A DNA stretch of 63,732 nt, filler included, from Nitrospinae bacterium RIFCSPLOWO2_12_FULL_45_22 (GTDB lineage: Bacteria; 2-12-FULL-45-22): NCBI GenBank assembly GCA_001803565.1. It is 7 parts of 7 records of this genome, joined end to end, with 100 filler letters (N's around TTAATTAATTAA, not from the genome) between each part and the next. Parts side by side here need not be neighbours in the genome. Positions count along the whole stretch, not along the records: positions 17,196 to 25,692 come from MHDQ01000228.1; positions 25,793 to 42,302 come from MHDQ01000229.1; 5 more parts are not named here. One strand, written 5' to 3'. Shown here piece after piece: positions 20,744-31,187 of this stretch (the first letter of the stretch is position 1; the number at the start of each line of letters is the position of its first letter). The position numbers were made by a program, and so were the translations under genes. The notes beneath the pieces are model-generated. The model made no database searches. It was not told where the DNA came from and was given only the letters and a program-made list of their open reading frames with translations.

Positions 20744-22393
20744 TTAGCTCTCTAAGTTTGCTTCTAATACCTGCCAGGGGCGTGGTTCATGCTCATCCCG
20801 TTGGCGGTACACGTAATATTCAGGATTGATATTGGTTTCTTTGATGGCCTGGGGCCAGTTCCCCTCGAGACGGTGAGCAGCATATAGAAGATTCCCTACT
20901 AAACGGTCACCCCGGGCTAATAGGGCCTGGATAAAAGACCATTTGGGTAGGTCATGGATGACAGAGACATTGTCCATCTTCACTAAATCTTGTTTTATAT
21001 ATTTGATCTTGGCCTTGAGAGACCCTATAGTATCCATACCTACCAATTGAAAAGGGGTAAGGGGTTTAGGGACAAAAGGTGTGAGACTCAGGGTGATATT
21101 GCCAGCAAACTTACGGGTCTTAAAGGTCTTCTGGCCGATATGTTTGATCTTCCTGGCCAGTTGCCCTATAGCGGCAATATCCTCCTGGGTTTCCGTAGGC
21201 AAGCCGATAAGGAAATAGAGCTTAAGATGAGTAATACCGGCATTAAAGGCCAGGGCTATACCTTCTAATATCTCTTCGTCCGAGATATCTTTATTGATAA
21301 CCTTCCTAAGCCTCTCTGTGCCGGCTTCTGGTGCCAGGGCAATGGTCTTTTGGCCACCGGAGGCCAAAAGGGTCAGGAGTGGAGCCGATATTTTATCAAT
21401 CCGCAGAGAAGGGGCTGATATCTCTCCCCCCAGGGATATAATCTCCTGGCAGAGACTTAATAAGTCCGGGAAGCTGGTCAGGTCTGGGCTGATGAGACCT
21501 ATCCTTTTAGTATACTGTAATCCCTTTTTTACCTGGCTTAGGATAGTTTCTGCCGCATAGAACCGGACGGGCTTATAAAGGGAGCCGCTCAGACAGAACC
21601 GGCATTTCCTGGTGCACCCCCGCCCTATTTCTACTAGAAAGATATCAGAAAATTCTGTATTAGGGGTAATGATCTGGCTGGAGGTAGGGGATTGGTCTAC
21701 ATTCTTCAGCCATTGCCTCTCTACTCGGCCTGGCATAGCGGGTGACGGTTCCGATCCACAAAAAAGGTTTCCCTCTTTATACTTTACCGAGTAGCCGGCC
21801 GGGTAATAGACCCCGGGTAAGCAAGCCAGATTATGGGTTAGGGCTCTCCTGTCTATGCCCCACCCTCCTGCGTTCCCTCGCAGACAGTTTAATACCTCTG
21901 GCATTAATGCTTCCCCTTCACCGATAAGGAAAAGGTCTATAAAATCTGCCAGGGGCTCAGGATTAGTCATGGCGCAAATACCGCCGGCGATAACCAGGGG
22001 ATGCGAGTTATCTCTTTGGTGGCTGAAGAGGGGTATCTGGGTCAATTCCAGAATCTTTAATACCTGGAGATAATCGAGCTCAAAGGATAAAGAAAAGGCC
22101 AGGATATGAAACTCTTTCAGGGGAGTTTGGGATTCGAGGGAGAATAAAGGGATATGCTGCTGTTCATAGAGAGGAATGTCTCCTGGGTCAGGCAAAAAGC
22201 CCCGCTCACACAGGATATCATTATCCTGATTCAAGAGGCTATAGACCTTTTGAAATCCTAGATTGGACATCCCAATATAGTAAGTATTGGGATAGATCAG
22301 GGCGATAGAAAGCTTCCCGCCAAAGGATTTCTTTATGCTCCCTTTTTCCTGGGCGAGGATTTCCCTCGCCTTTTTATAGAGTTTCCAGGACAT
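20744..22393 (-). CDS. Radical SAM protein (TIGR03960-like)
   Basis: YPNTYYIGMSNLG, CTRKCRFC (CxxxCxxC) and LAPEAGTERLR motifs. Confidence 0.85.
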   Translation of the reverse strand: MSWKLYKKAREILAQEKGSIKKSFGGKLSIALIYPNTYYIGMSNLGFQKVYSLLNQDNDILCERGFLPDPGDIPLYEQQHIPLFSLESQTPLKEFHILAFSLSFELDYLQVLKILELTQIPLFSHQRDNSHPLVIAGGICAMTNPEPLADFIDLFLIGEGEALMPEVLNCLRGNAGGWGIDRRALTHNLACLPGVYYPAGYSVKYKEGNLFCGSEPSPAMPGRVERQWLKNVDQSPTSSQIITPNTEFSDIFLVEIGRGCTRKCRFCLSGSLYKPVRFYAAETILSQVKKGLQYTKRIGLISPDLTSFPDLLSLCQEIISLGGEISAPSLRIDKISAPLLTLLASGGQKTIALAPEAGTERLRKVINKDISDEEILEGIALAFNAGITHLKLYFLIGLPTETQEDIAAIGQLARKIKHIGQKTFKTRKFAGNITLSLTPFVPKPLTPFQLVGMDTIGSLKAKIKYIKQDLVKMDNVSVIHDLPKWSFIQALLARGDRLVGNLLYAAHRLEGNWPQAIKETNINPEYYVYRQRDEHEPRPWQVLEANLES

Positions 22394-22403
22394 AAGCCCA
22401 TCA

Positions 22404-23543
22404 TCAGTCCGCCTTTCGCCTCAAGAATGCCGGCACATCCAGGTTCTTTTCTTCCAAACCGGGCTGCTGATAGCGGGGAGGGGCGGTTGGTGCACCTTTG
22501 CGGACATTACTGTCTACTCTAATATCGGTATCCCCTCTGGCCGGCATTGGCCGTAATTTTAGCCGGGGCTCTTCCGCGGCTTTTTTGCCACTGCCAAACC
22601 CTGTGGCAATGACCGTTACCCTTACCTCTTCTCCCATACTCTCATCTATTACCGAACCAAAGATTATATGGGCCTCTTCATGGGCGGTTTCATAGATCAA
22701 GGAGGTGGCCTCATTTATCTCGTATAGGGTAAGGTCTGCCCCGCCACTAATATTTATCAGCACGCCGGTAGCACCTTCGATGGAGGACTCTTCCAGGAGT
22801 GGGCTGGCTACGGCTTTTTGGGCGGCCTCTATTGCTCGGTTCTCACCCCGGGATGAACCAGTGCCCATAAGGGCCATGCCGGTTTCAGACATAATAGTCT
22901 TTACATCGGCAAAGTCTACATTTATCAAACCAGGCACGATGATGATATCAGAAATACCTTTGACGGCTTGCTTCAGGACATCATCGGCCAGCTTGAAGGC
23001 ATCCCGGAAACTGGTCTTTCTCTCTACTATATTCAAGAGTCTCTGGTTAGGGATGGTAATGAGGGTATCTACCCGCTCCTTTAGTTCTTTCCATCCTATT
23101 TCGGCTTGGATAGCTCTCCTCTTCCCTTCAAAGACAAAAGGCTTGGTTACTACCCCAACGGTCAGTGCCCCTTTTTGCTTAGCTACTTCTGCTATTATCG
23201 GAGCCCCGCCGGTACCGGTCCCCCCACCTAGCCCGGCAGTAATAAAGACCATATCCGCGCCTTCCAAGAGCTCACTAAACTTGTCTGCATCTTCCAGGAC
23301 AGCCCTGCGGCCAATGTCTGGGTCGGCGCCAGCCCCTAACCCTTTAGTGAGCGTGGCCCCAATCTGGATCTTTATGGGGGCCAGGGAATTGCTTAGGGCC
23401 TGGGCATCGGTATTGGCCGCTATGAATTCTACTCCTTCTAGACCAGCAGAAATCATAGTATTGATGGCATTACCACCACCACCGCCGATCCCTATAACTT
23501 TGATTTTAGCCAGATGATTATCTTCTGCAAATTGTAACACCAC
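22404..23543 (-). CDS. ftsZ: Cell division protein FtsZ
   Basis: GGGGGNA and GGGTGTG motifs; C-terminal LDVPAFLRR. Confidence 0.98.
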   Translation of the reverse strand: MVLQFAEDNHLAKIKVIGIGGGGGNAINTMISAGLEGVEFIAANTDAQALSNSLAPIKIQIGATLTKGLGAGADPDIGRRAVLEDADKFSELLEGADMVFITAGLGGGTGTGGAPIIAEVAKQKGALTVGVVTKPFVFEGKRRAIQAEIGWKELKERVDTLITIPNQRLLNIVERKTSFRDAFKLADDVLKQAVKGISDIIIVPGLINVDFADVKTIMSETGMALMGTGSSRGENRAIEAAQKAVASPLLEESSIEGATGVLINISGGADLTLYEINEATSLIYETAHEEAHIIFGSVIDESMGEEVRVTVIATGFGSGKKAAEEPRLKLRPMPARGDTDIRVDSNVRKGAPTAPPRYQQPGLEEKNLDVPAFLRRKAD

Positions 23544-23630
23544 CCTTTTCCCCTCCCTTAATGATTAGGTCATTGGTTACTGGTTATTGGTCATTGGTAA
23601 ACACTAATGACCAGTGGCTAATGATTTTTC

Positions 23631-24863
23631 TTAAAAGAAGTCTGTTAACCATTCTTTCATTTTTAGCACGGTCTTATGGAAAAAGTTATGCCCATTGTCC
23701 TTGCTCCCCTTGACAGAGAAAAAGTCTTTTGACCCATAAAGTACCAGCCCTACTGCCGTGGCATAGATCGGGCTCCTGACTATATCTGCTAGCCCTTTGA
23801 TACCGATGGGTATGCCCCGGTGGACGGGCAGTTCAAATATCTCTTCCGCTAACTCTGTCATCCCTTCCATAATGGTGCTTCCCCCGGTAATCACTATGCC
23901 GGAAGCCAATAAATCCTTACAGCCACTCCTTATTAGCTCCTGGTCTACCAGGCGATAAATTTCCTCTACCCGGGGTTCTATTATCTCGCTCAGTACTTTA
24001 CGGGAAAGCATCCTGCTATCCCGGCCTCCTACACTAGGGACTTGTATCTCTCCGTCTTCTCTGACCAGTGCAGAATAGGCAACCCCATAGTCCCTCTTTA
24101 ATTTCTCCGCCTCCAGGGGAGGTGTCCTTAACCCAATAGCAATATCGTTAGTGATATGACTCCCCCCTACATCCAGGACCGCCGTATGTCTTATGCTCCC
24201 TTGCCTAAATACCGCTATATCAGTGGTCCCACCACCAATATCTACCAGGGCTACCCCTAACTCTTTCTCATCCGGAGTTAAGGTAGCTTCTCCCGATGCC
24301 AGGGGTTCCAAAACTATCGTCTTAACTTCTAGCCCAGCTAGATTTACACACTTAACGATATTCGTAGCGGCACTCGAGGCACCGGTAACAATATGCACCG
24401 CCCCTTCTAACCTAATACCTGATAATCCTAAAGGCTCTCTGATGCCATCTTGACCATCTATAGTAAACTCTTGCGGCAAGACATGGAGCACCCTCCGGTC
24501 CATAGGTACGGCCACGGCCTTAGCAGCATCAATAACCCTATCTATATCCACCCGGCTTACCTCTTTGCTCTTTACTGCTACAATACCCTGGCTGTTTATG
24601 CCTTTGATATGAGCCCCGGCAATGCCAGCATATACTGAATCAATCTCTATCCCAGCCATCAATTCTGCTTCTTTAACGGCATTCCGAATGGACTCTACTG
24701 TACTTTCAATATTGACCACCATCCCTTTCCTTAATCCCTTTGAGGGATATTTGCCAATACCAATTATTTCCATCTGGCCATCAACGCCGCGATCGGCTAT
24801 GATAGCGCAAATCTTAGTGGTGCCGATGTCCAAACCAACAATTGTATTTTCCTTCCTGGCCAT
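23631..24863 (-). CDS. ftsA: Cell division protein FtsA
   Basis: GLDIGTTKI and DIGGGTTD motifs; lies between ftsQ and ftsZ. Confidence 0.97.
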   Translation of the reverse strand: MARKENTIVGLDIGTTKICAIIADRGVDGQMEIIGIGKYPSKGLRKGMVVNIESTVESIRNAVKEAELMAGIEIDSVYAGIAGAHIKGINSQGIVAVKSKEVSRVDIDRVIDAAKAVAVPMDRRVLHVLPQEFTIDGQDGIREPLGLSGIRLEGAVHIVTGASSAATNIVKCVNLAGLEVKTIVLEPLASGEATLTPDEKELGVALVDIGGGTTDIAVFRQGSIRHTAVLDVGGSHITNDIAIGLRTPPLEAEKLKRDYGVAYSALVREDGEIQVPSVGGRDSRMLSRKVLSEIIEPRVEEIYRLVDQELIRSGCKDLLASGIVITGGSTIMEGMTELAEEIFELPVHRGIPIGIKGLADIVRSPIYATAVGLVLYGSKDFFSVKGSKDNGHNFFHKTVLKMKEWLTDFF

Positions 24864-24956
24864 TTTTTCCTCACCTCCTCTCCCGGGTTTAAATTAGTCA
24901 TTAGTCACTGGTCATTTGTTTTTTTTACCAATTACCAATGACTAATGACCAATGAC

Positions 24957-25692
24957 CTAAATATGAGGTTTTACGATTACCAAATCCCTAAAAGAAAGGT
25001 CTATATAAGCTATCCCTTTTCCTTCCCGCTCTATGAAGGGTGAGATAGCGTGAAGATAAGATAGATTTTGTTTTAGCTGGCTAAAGGACAATCTAATTTC
25101 TGTGTGTATGGCCTTTAGAAATACTACTGGCCGCTCTATCTGAGATAGATCCAATCTAGCAATCCCCCTGGTAGCTATCCAGGGCGAGGCATTGAGGGCG
25201 ATTAATAACTCTGCCCCTTTCTTGAGCCTGGCTTTTGTCCCTTCCTGTTCCCCTACGCCAGTTATTAAGGGCAATTGAAGCCCTCCAGTGCCTTTGAGAG
25301 GGGTAAGGATCTGGCCATCCTGGGCAACCAACATTCTCGTCCTAGAGACCGAGTTCTGTGCCGGTTTGTAGGGATGGGACTCTGTGCCCATCCTTGGGCG
25401 GCCAGAGACGACCGCCCCTACTGGCTCTCTCTCTACTATAGAAACAGTTAGCCTGTCAGGCAATACCCGTCTTATAACACCATCTCTTACCCAGGGATGG
25501 AGCACGAGCCTCTGATTCAAGCCCTTTACATCCAGGCTAAAGATGTTTACGCTGGCATTTAACCCTAAAAACTTTTGCACGGCCTCTTTATCCAGGTATT
25601 TGTTGCCCTCAATTTCTATCTGGGTAAGGTTGAAATAAGGAGAGGAGGTTAGATAATGGTAAAGGTAGTTGATACTTGCCCCTAAGCAACCA
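24957..25692 (-). CDS. ftsQ: Cell division protein FtsQ, 5'-truncated
   Basis: POTRA-like PYFNLTQIEIEGN...HPWV...RRVLPDRLTVSIVEREP and C-terminal YIDLSF; upstream of ftsA. Confidence 0.85.
25368..25421. repeat. 54-bp GTAG-type REP doublet inside ftsQ
   Basis: GTAGGGATGGGACTCTGTGCCCATCC-TT-GGGCGGCCAGAGACGACCGCCCCTAC. Confidence 0.75.
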
Positions 25693-25893
25693 NNNNNNNN
25701 NNNNNNNNNNNNNNNNNNNNNNNNNNNNNNNNNNNNTTAATTAATTAANNNNNNNNNNNNNNNNNNNNNNNNNNNNNNNNNNNNNNNNNNNNGTAGTCGC
25801 AGGCTTTAGCCTGCGTTAATTTAAATGGTTATTCTTGTCTAAAGATTTCTCCCTTCGCTCGAAATGACTATTTTATTTGGCCGTTTACTATAG

Positions 25894-27006
25894 TTACAGG
25901 GTGCGCTTGAAGGCAATGGTAGCAATAATGAGTGCCAGGCCAGTGAATAGGCAGAGGATGAGTAGGTCTGACCAGATGACCCTCAGGTCAGGCCCCCGGA
26001 AGATCAAGGATTTCAGGGCAGCGACGGCATAAGTCTCTGGGTCAATAGCAGAAAAGGCCCGTAACCATGGTGGGAAGGAATGTATGGGATAGATGGCACC
26101 GCTGGGGAAGAATAGGATCACATTGAGGAAGCTAGCAAAGGCCCCTACAATCCGGGGGTGACCCGCCCGGCCCAGGATAATAAACATCAACCCCAGATGA
26201 CCCAGGGTAGCCAACGCAATAATACCGGTTATAGCTACTAAGCCCCATAAACCGCCTTTCAGGGGTAAGCCGGTAATCAGGCTACAGAGGGCAAAGATAA
26301 TAAGGGATATAACTGTAGTAATAAAGAGCCCGGAAGCAATCAGTCCCCCCACAATATCCTTCTTTTCCAGGGGGGTGACAAAGTAGGCTTCATGGATGCC
26401 TAAGAAACGATCCATTATTAACCCAAACACGCCCGTGGTAATACTGCCTAAAAATATTCCCATAATAATTATCCCCGGGATAATAAACTGGTCATAGTCA
26501 AATACTGGATAGAGGTTTTCTTCCTGTACCTCTATCCGGCCCAGTTCTTGCCGGATGGGGATATATTCCTGCTGGAAACCACTCAAGGCAGCCCTGAGCC
26601 CATTATATAAGCTATCGGCAGAAAAGATATTGACATTATCCAGGAATAACCCCAGGTCGGCCCGTTCACCCCGAACCACTTTCCGGCTATAATCACTGGG
26701 GATGATCAGGGCCCCGGCGTAAAATCCTCTTCGTGTGGCCTCAATAGCAGCCTGAGGGTCTTCTTCGCGATAGACCCTCCAGGTCTTAGGGCTAGCTTCT
26801 ATGGCTAGCAAGAGTTCTATTACCCGCTGGCCTTTAGGCCCTCTATCCAGGTCCACCACTGCCAGGGGGAGGTGCTTCAGGCTACCCTGGATGCTATTGC
26901 CTACAATCAAGAGATAGCCTATGGGAAATAGTAAAGTAATAACTAATACAATGGGGTTACGGATAAACTTCTTGATATCTCGTTTGAATATAGCCCAGAA
27001 CCGCAT
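25894..27006 (-). CDS. ABC-2 type exporter permease
   Basis: Multiple TM segments and FFPSGAIYP...PPWL motif. Confidence 0.9.
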   Translation of the reverse strand: MRFWAIFKRDIKKFIRNPIVLVITLLFPIGYLLIVGNSIQGSLKHLPLAVVDLDRGPKGQRVIELLLAIEASPKTWRVYREEDPQAAIEATRRGFYAGALIIPSDYSRKVVRGERADLGLFLDNVNIFSADSLYNGLRAALSGFQQEYIPIRQELGRIEVQEENLYPVFDYDQFIIPGIIIMGIFLGSITTGVFGLIMDRFLGIHEAYFVTPLEKKDIVGGLIASGLFITTVISLIIFALCSLITGLPLKGGLWGLVAITGIIALATLGHLGLMFIILGRAGHPRIVGAFASFLNVILFFPSGAIYPIHSFPPWLRAFSAIDPETYAVAALKSLIFRGPDLRVIWSDLLILCLFTGLALIIATIAFKRTL

Positions 27007-27133
27007 ATCTATTGAGTTTTCAGTGATCAGGGATCAGTTGTCGGCCCGGCCATACCTGATCAGTATCACTACCCTTCAGCTTGTCTCCAAGCTGATTGCT
27101 GACCGCTGGCCTCTGATCGCTGACGGCTGCTTC

Positions 27134-28138
27134 TTATTGAATAGTTTGGGGCATACCCGCACCAATGATCCAGGATATCTTGCGGGGTTCTTCTTCCCGA
27201 ATGGAACGGCCCGTATAATGGATAAAGACATCTTCTAAGGATAGTTCCCTGACAACCACCTTTTCCACCTGATGCCCACCAGCCCTTAAAACATCAATGA
27301 GGGGCAGCATAGTCCTGGAACCTTCATCCACATAAAAGCTGTGGAGTCCATCCCCCACTTCTACGCGGTGTAAACCAGGGATTTTAGCAGTTATGGCCTC
27401 AACGGCCCCAGGCTCCAGAGCCGGGCAAAGGGTCATTTCTACCACATCCGTTCCTGGCAAGGTCTTTTTTAGCCCCGAAGGGGTATCCAGGGCAATGATC
27501 TTACCATAATCAATAATCGCCACTCGACGGCATAAGTACTCAGCCTCTTCCATATAATGGGTAGTGAGCAGGATGGTCAATCTCCATTGCTGGAGCATCT
27601 TTCCCAGTATTTCCCAGATAACGTGGCGACTCTGCGGGTCTAAGCCAATAGTGGGTTCATCCAGGAAAAGTACCTGGGGCCGGTGCATGAGCCCCCGGGC
27701 TAGCTCTAACCTCCGCCTCATACCACCAGAATAAGTGGCTACCAGGTCATGGGCCCGGTGGGTAAGACCTACTGATTCCAATAAATACTCTGACCTCTCC
27801 CGCCGCTCTTTCTTTGGTATAGCATAGAGCTGCCCATATATATCCAGGTTTTCCCAGGCAGTGAGGTCCAGGTCGGTAGTTAATGCCTGGGGTACTACAC
27901 CGATAATCTTTCGGATAGCCTTAGCTTCCCTTATAATATCTTTGCCTGCCACATAGGCCCTGCCCGAGGTTGGCTTCAAGATAGTACAAAGCATCCGGGT
28001 TAAGGTGGTTTTGCCGGAACCATTAGGCCCCAGAAGGCCAAAGATCTCACCCGGTGCGATAGCGAAGCTTACCTGATCAACCGCAACCTTCTGGCCGAAT
28101 TTTTTGGTTAGTTCAACAATTTCAACGGTATTGCTCAT
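27134..28138 (-). CDS. ABC exporter ATP-binding subunit (DrrA-like)
   Basis: GPNGSGKT, YSGGM and LFLDEPT motifs. Confidence 0.93.
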   Translation of the reverse strand: MSNTVEIVELTKKFGQKVAVDQVSFAIAPGEIFGLLGPNGSGKTTLTRMLCTILKPTSGRAYVAGKDIIREAKAIRKIIGVVPQALTTDLDLTAWENLDIYGQLYAIPKKERRERSEYLLESVGLTHRAHDLVATYSGGMRRRLELARGLMHRPQVLFLDEPTIGLDPQSRHVIWEILGKMLQQWRLTILLTTHYMEEAEYLCRRVAIIDYGKIIALDTPSGLKKTLPGTDVVEMTLCPALEPGAVEAITAKIPGLHRVEVGDGLHSFYVDEGSRTMLPLIDVLRAGGHQVEKVVVRELSLEDVFIHYTGRSIREEEPRKISWIIGAGMPQTIQ

Positions 28139-29129
28139 CTTTTTGAAACTCCACCTGGACACTCATACCCGGCTTCAGGATGCCCGTAGGGTCTTGCAAG
28201 GCTATTTTTATACGAAAGGCCTTGATATCCTGCCTACCCCGCTTCACATCACGCTGGGTAGAGAATTCTCCTTCTGCTCCAATAGCCACTACCTTGCCCG
28301 AGAAAGACTTTTCTGGGATGATCTCTAACCAGGCGCGGGCTGCCATTCCCAAAGAGACTAAAGGCATAGCCTTTTCGTCCAGGTACACTTTGGCCCATAT
28401 CTCGCTGAGGTTCCATAGGGTAAGGATAGGTACACCAGGAGAGACTATTTCCCCGGGCTCAAAATATCTTTTGGCCACCAGGCCCATTATAGGGGAGAAT
28501 ATTTCTGCATCTTCCAGGCGGGTCTTCAGAACCTGGACTGAGGCTTGTCGGTGGGCAATCTGTACCCTCGCTTCTTCCATCTGGCCCTGGGTAGCGTCCA
28601 TCTGCCGGGCAGCCGCATCTGCCTCCGCCGAAGCGGCCTTTACACCAGCCTCTAAGGCCAGATATGCCGTCCGGGCACGGTCGTATCCTTCCTGGCTAAT
28701 TACGCCTTCTTTCCAGAGGTTTTCTGCTCGTTGGTGATCTTTTTTTGCCTGGTTGCGGTTTATTTCGGTCTGGCGGAGTTTCTCGTAGGCTTGGGCAAGG
28801 CGGGCTTCTGCGGCCTTCTTTTCTTTCTCTAACCGGGCCAGGGTTGCCTCTGCCTGTCTGACCTCTTCTTCGGCCTCTAGTATTTGCGCTTGAAGGTCCC
28901 GGGCTTCCAGCTCTACTACTTTATTGCCCTTATTTATAAGATCTCCTTCTTCGAAAGGGAGGGTTATGATGCGGCCGAATATCTTGGAAGAGACATTTAC
29001 TTCTTGTCCTTCAATAAGCCCCACAGCCTTTATGTTTTCCTGTTCTTGGTGACGAACTAATGACCAGATAAGTAGGGGTATAAAAAGCAGGATAAGGGCC
29101 GCAAGAAAGAGCCATATCTTTCGCGCCAT
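28122..29129 (-). CDS. HlyD-family membrane fusion protein
   Basis: N-terminal TM, lipoyl-like halves around a coiled coil, and LKPGMSV. Confidence 0.9.
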   Translation of the reverse strand: MARKIWLFLAALILLFIPLLIWSLVRHQEQENIKAVGLIEGQEVNVSSKIFGRIITLPFEEGDLINKGNKVVELEARDLQAQILEAEEEVRQAEATLARLEKEKKAAEARLAQAYEKLRQTEINRNQAKKDHQRAENLWKEGVISQEGYDRARTAYLALEAGVKAASAEADAAARQMDATQGQMEEARVQIAHRQASVQVLKTRLEDAEIFSPIMGLVAKRYFEPGEIVSPGVPILTLWNLSEIWAKVYLDEKAMPLVSLGMAARAWLEIIPEKSFSGKVVAIGAEGEFSTQRDVKRGRQDIKAFRIKIALQDPTGILKPGMSVQVEFQKDEQYR

Positions 29130-29287
29130 AAAACATTTTCAGCAATAAGCTGCCACTAAAAAATAAGGTGTTGAGCAAGCTCGACCACTACACACTATAT
29201 ATAACATTATGTAGTGGCATTAAGTAAATGCCATAAGGCATGAAGCTTTTATACTTTTTTTAACGACTGTTTTGCCAGGCATATCCT

Positions 29288-29917
29288 CTATCCTCCATGC
29301 TTTATCTTCTTTATAACACTATTCTTTTCATCAATCTCAAAATCTTCAAAAATCGTTGGAACATGACCCTTTAATATTTTTAAAATTTCTATCACTACTT
29401 TCCTTATTTCCCACTGTGCGGTAGGACTGCTTCTGAGTTCAATTATATGATGCCACTCCCTGAGATTAGCAGTAACTACAATCTGGCTTTTAACAGCATT
29501 GGGTAGTACAAATCTTGCATCTTCATTTTTAATTCCTAATCTTTGTAATTCTGAGTAACTCCTCTTTGCCTCTTCCATAAATTTAGTAAAAAGGATATGG
29601 GCTTTTGAATTGTTTTTAATAGGATCTGGTTCGACATAATTGAAATTACTTTCATCAACATATCTTTGTGACTGTTGAGTGAATGAGCATAATCTATGCC
29701 TTACTAATTGATGTGTAAATGCCCTTGATACTCCAGAAATCCTGAATGTAGCATAAGCATGTTCTAATACAGAGTAATGCCCTCTCTTAGTAAGCATTCG
29801 TATAAATTCTTTTTCAGTATTTTCTCCTTGCCTATTAAACGATAAATAAGATGTACGTCCCGCTGTTTCTATTAGTTTCTCTGCATCTGGAGTGATAAAC
29901 AATAACTCAACTTTCAT
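29288..29917 (-). CDS. thyX: FAD-dependent thymidylate synthase
   Basis: GHYSVLEH, RHRLCSFTQQSQRY (ThyX signature), EDARFVLP and AQWEIR motifs. Confidence 0.95.
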   Translation of the reverse strand: MKVELLFITPDAEKLIETAGRTSYLSFNRQGENTEKEFIRMLTKRGHYSVLEHAYATFRISGVSRAFTHQLVRHRLCSFTQQSQRYVDESNFNYVEPDPIKNNSKAHILFTKFMEEAKRSYSELQRLGIKNEDARFVLPNAVKSQIVVTANLREWHHIIELRSSPTAQWEIRKVVIEILKILKGHVPTIFEDFEIDEKNSVIKKIKHGG

Positions 29918-29924
29918 TTAATCA

Positions 29925-31187
29925 TCATTTCTTCCGAAATACGGTAATCCATTCTTCTTTAATGATTCCGCCGTTATGATTTCTGTCTGGTGGTAATGAA
30001 CGATTTTTGATTTCATCCCTGCTTATTTCTAATAGCTTAAAACCGGTATTTTCCGCTATAGGAGAAAAAATCTTGTATGTTGGAATTTGAACCCCGCAGA
30101 TAGTATTGCTTCCAGTAATTAAGCAAAAATAGCCACCTTTTTTTAGCACATGATAAATCTCTTTGAAAATACTTTTCATATCCTCGAAGTAATTATAAAC
30201 AATGTGGGATTTCTTTCTATCTATTTGCCAAATTTGGTTAAGAATTATATTGAGGAGTCGATATTCACTTTTGGGTATAGCACTGTAGTTACTTCCTGAA
30301 ATATTTTCAGTTCCAATTGCCCGCTTCTTTAGATATCTTACTTCTTCGGGAGTAGCTAATCCCAACCACCATAATTCCAGTTTATAACTCCTAAAATAAT
30401 CCTGAGCATTAATATATGGGGGTGATGTGATAATGAAATCAACTTCCTCCATTCTATTTGGTTTCAATGTGGCTAAAGTTTCTCTTGCATCTCCTTGGAA
30501 AACTTTCACATAATTATTATTTTCGGTTAAATGCCATGAAATTGCTTTAATTTTTTCAAAATTTTTAGCAATAGAGTCCTCAAAATATTGTATTGGTGTA
30601 GGTACCCATCCTGTTTTGACTTTCTCTATAACTCTTTTCGATTTGTATGTTTTTGCCATTCGAGGATCAGCATAAGATGACTTTCTAATTATTGAAGAAA
30701 AACAAACTAATAAAAACCTATAGAGACTTTCACTAAATCTACCATTGAGACTCTCAATACTAAATTTTATCCTGGATAGTTCATTCCTTGCTTTTTTGCA
30801 GAACCAATAGTCAATATTTGGAAACACTACAGTTAGTTTCCTATTGCTATTTTTTACATCTTCTTTAACTAAACGAATTGCTAAACTGAGTTCATCTATA
30901 TCTAATGGCGTGGTTTTCACCTCTGAGATAAGTGTTGCCAATGGGTTAATATCGATACCTATAGCATTTCTGCTCAAAAATCTTGCTTCCAAAAGTGTTG
31001 TTCCCGAGCCACAAAAAGGGTCGAAAATCACGTCCCCTCTTTTGGTATATTTTTCTATAAAATAACGAGGGATGTGAGGAATAAGTTTGGCAGTATAAGA
31101 ATGAATTCCATGGGTCAGATAATTTGTAGCAGGAATCTCTTTAAGACTATATAACCGTTGAAAGTCCATTCTTTTTACTTTGCTCAT
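29925..31187 (-). CDS. Amino (N4-C/N6-A) DNA methyltransferase, alpha-type motif order
   Basis: FDPFCGSGTT (motif I) precedes ITSPPY (motif IV). The ATG at 31187 overlaps the upstream TGA (ATGA). Confidence 0.88.
   Translation of the reverse strand: MSKVKRMDFQRLYSLKEIPATNYLTHGIHSYTAKLIPHIPRYFIEKYTKRGDVIFDPFCGSGTTLLEARFLSRNAIGIDINPLATLISEVKTTPLDIDELSLAIRLVKEDVKNSNRKLTVVFPNIDYWFCKKARNELSRIKFSIESLNGRFSESLYRFLLVCFSSIIRKSSYADPRMAKTYKSKRVIEKVKTGWVPTPIQYFEDSIAKNFEKIKAISWHLTENNNYVKVFQGDARETLATLKPNRMEEVDFIITSPPYINAQDYFRSYKLELWWLGLATPEEVRYLKKRAIGTENISGSNYSAIPKSEYRLLNIILNQIWQIDRKKSHIVYNYFEDMKSIFKEIYHVLKKGGYFCLITGSNTICGVQIPTYKIFSPIAENTGFKLLEISRDEIKNRSLPPDRNHNGGIIKEEWITVFRKK

Noticed and set aside
22705-23517. 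270-aa plus-strand ORF and other long antisense ORFs (7289-7735, 28180-28737, 60600-61049)
   Set aside because: They are shadow frames opposite well-conserved genes (ftsZ, pyrG, HlyD, CoA transferase).
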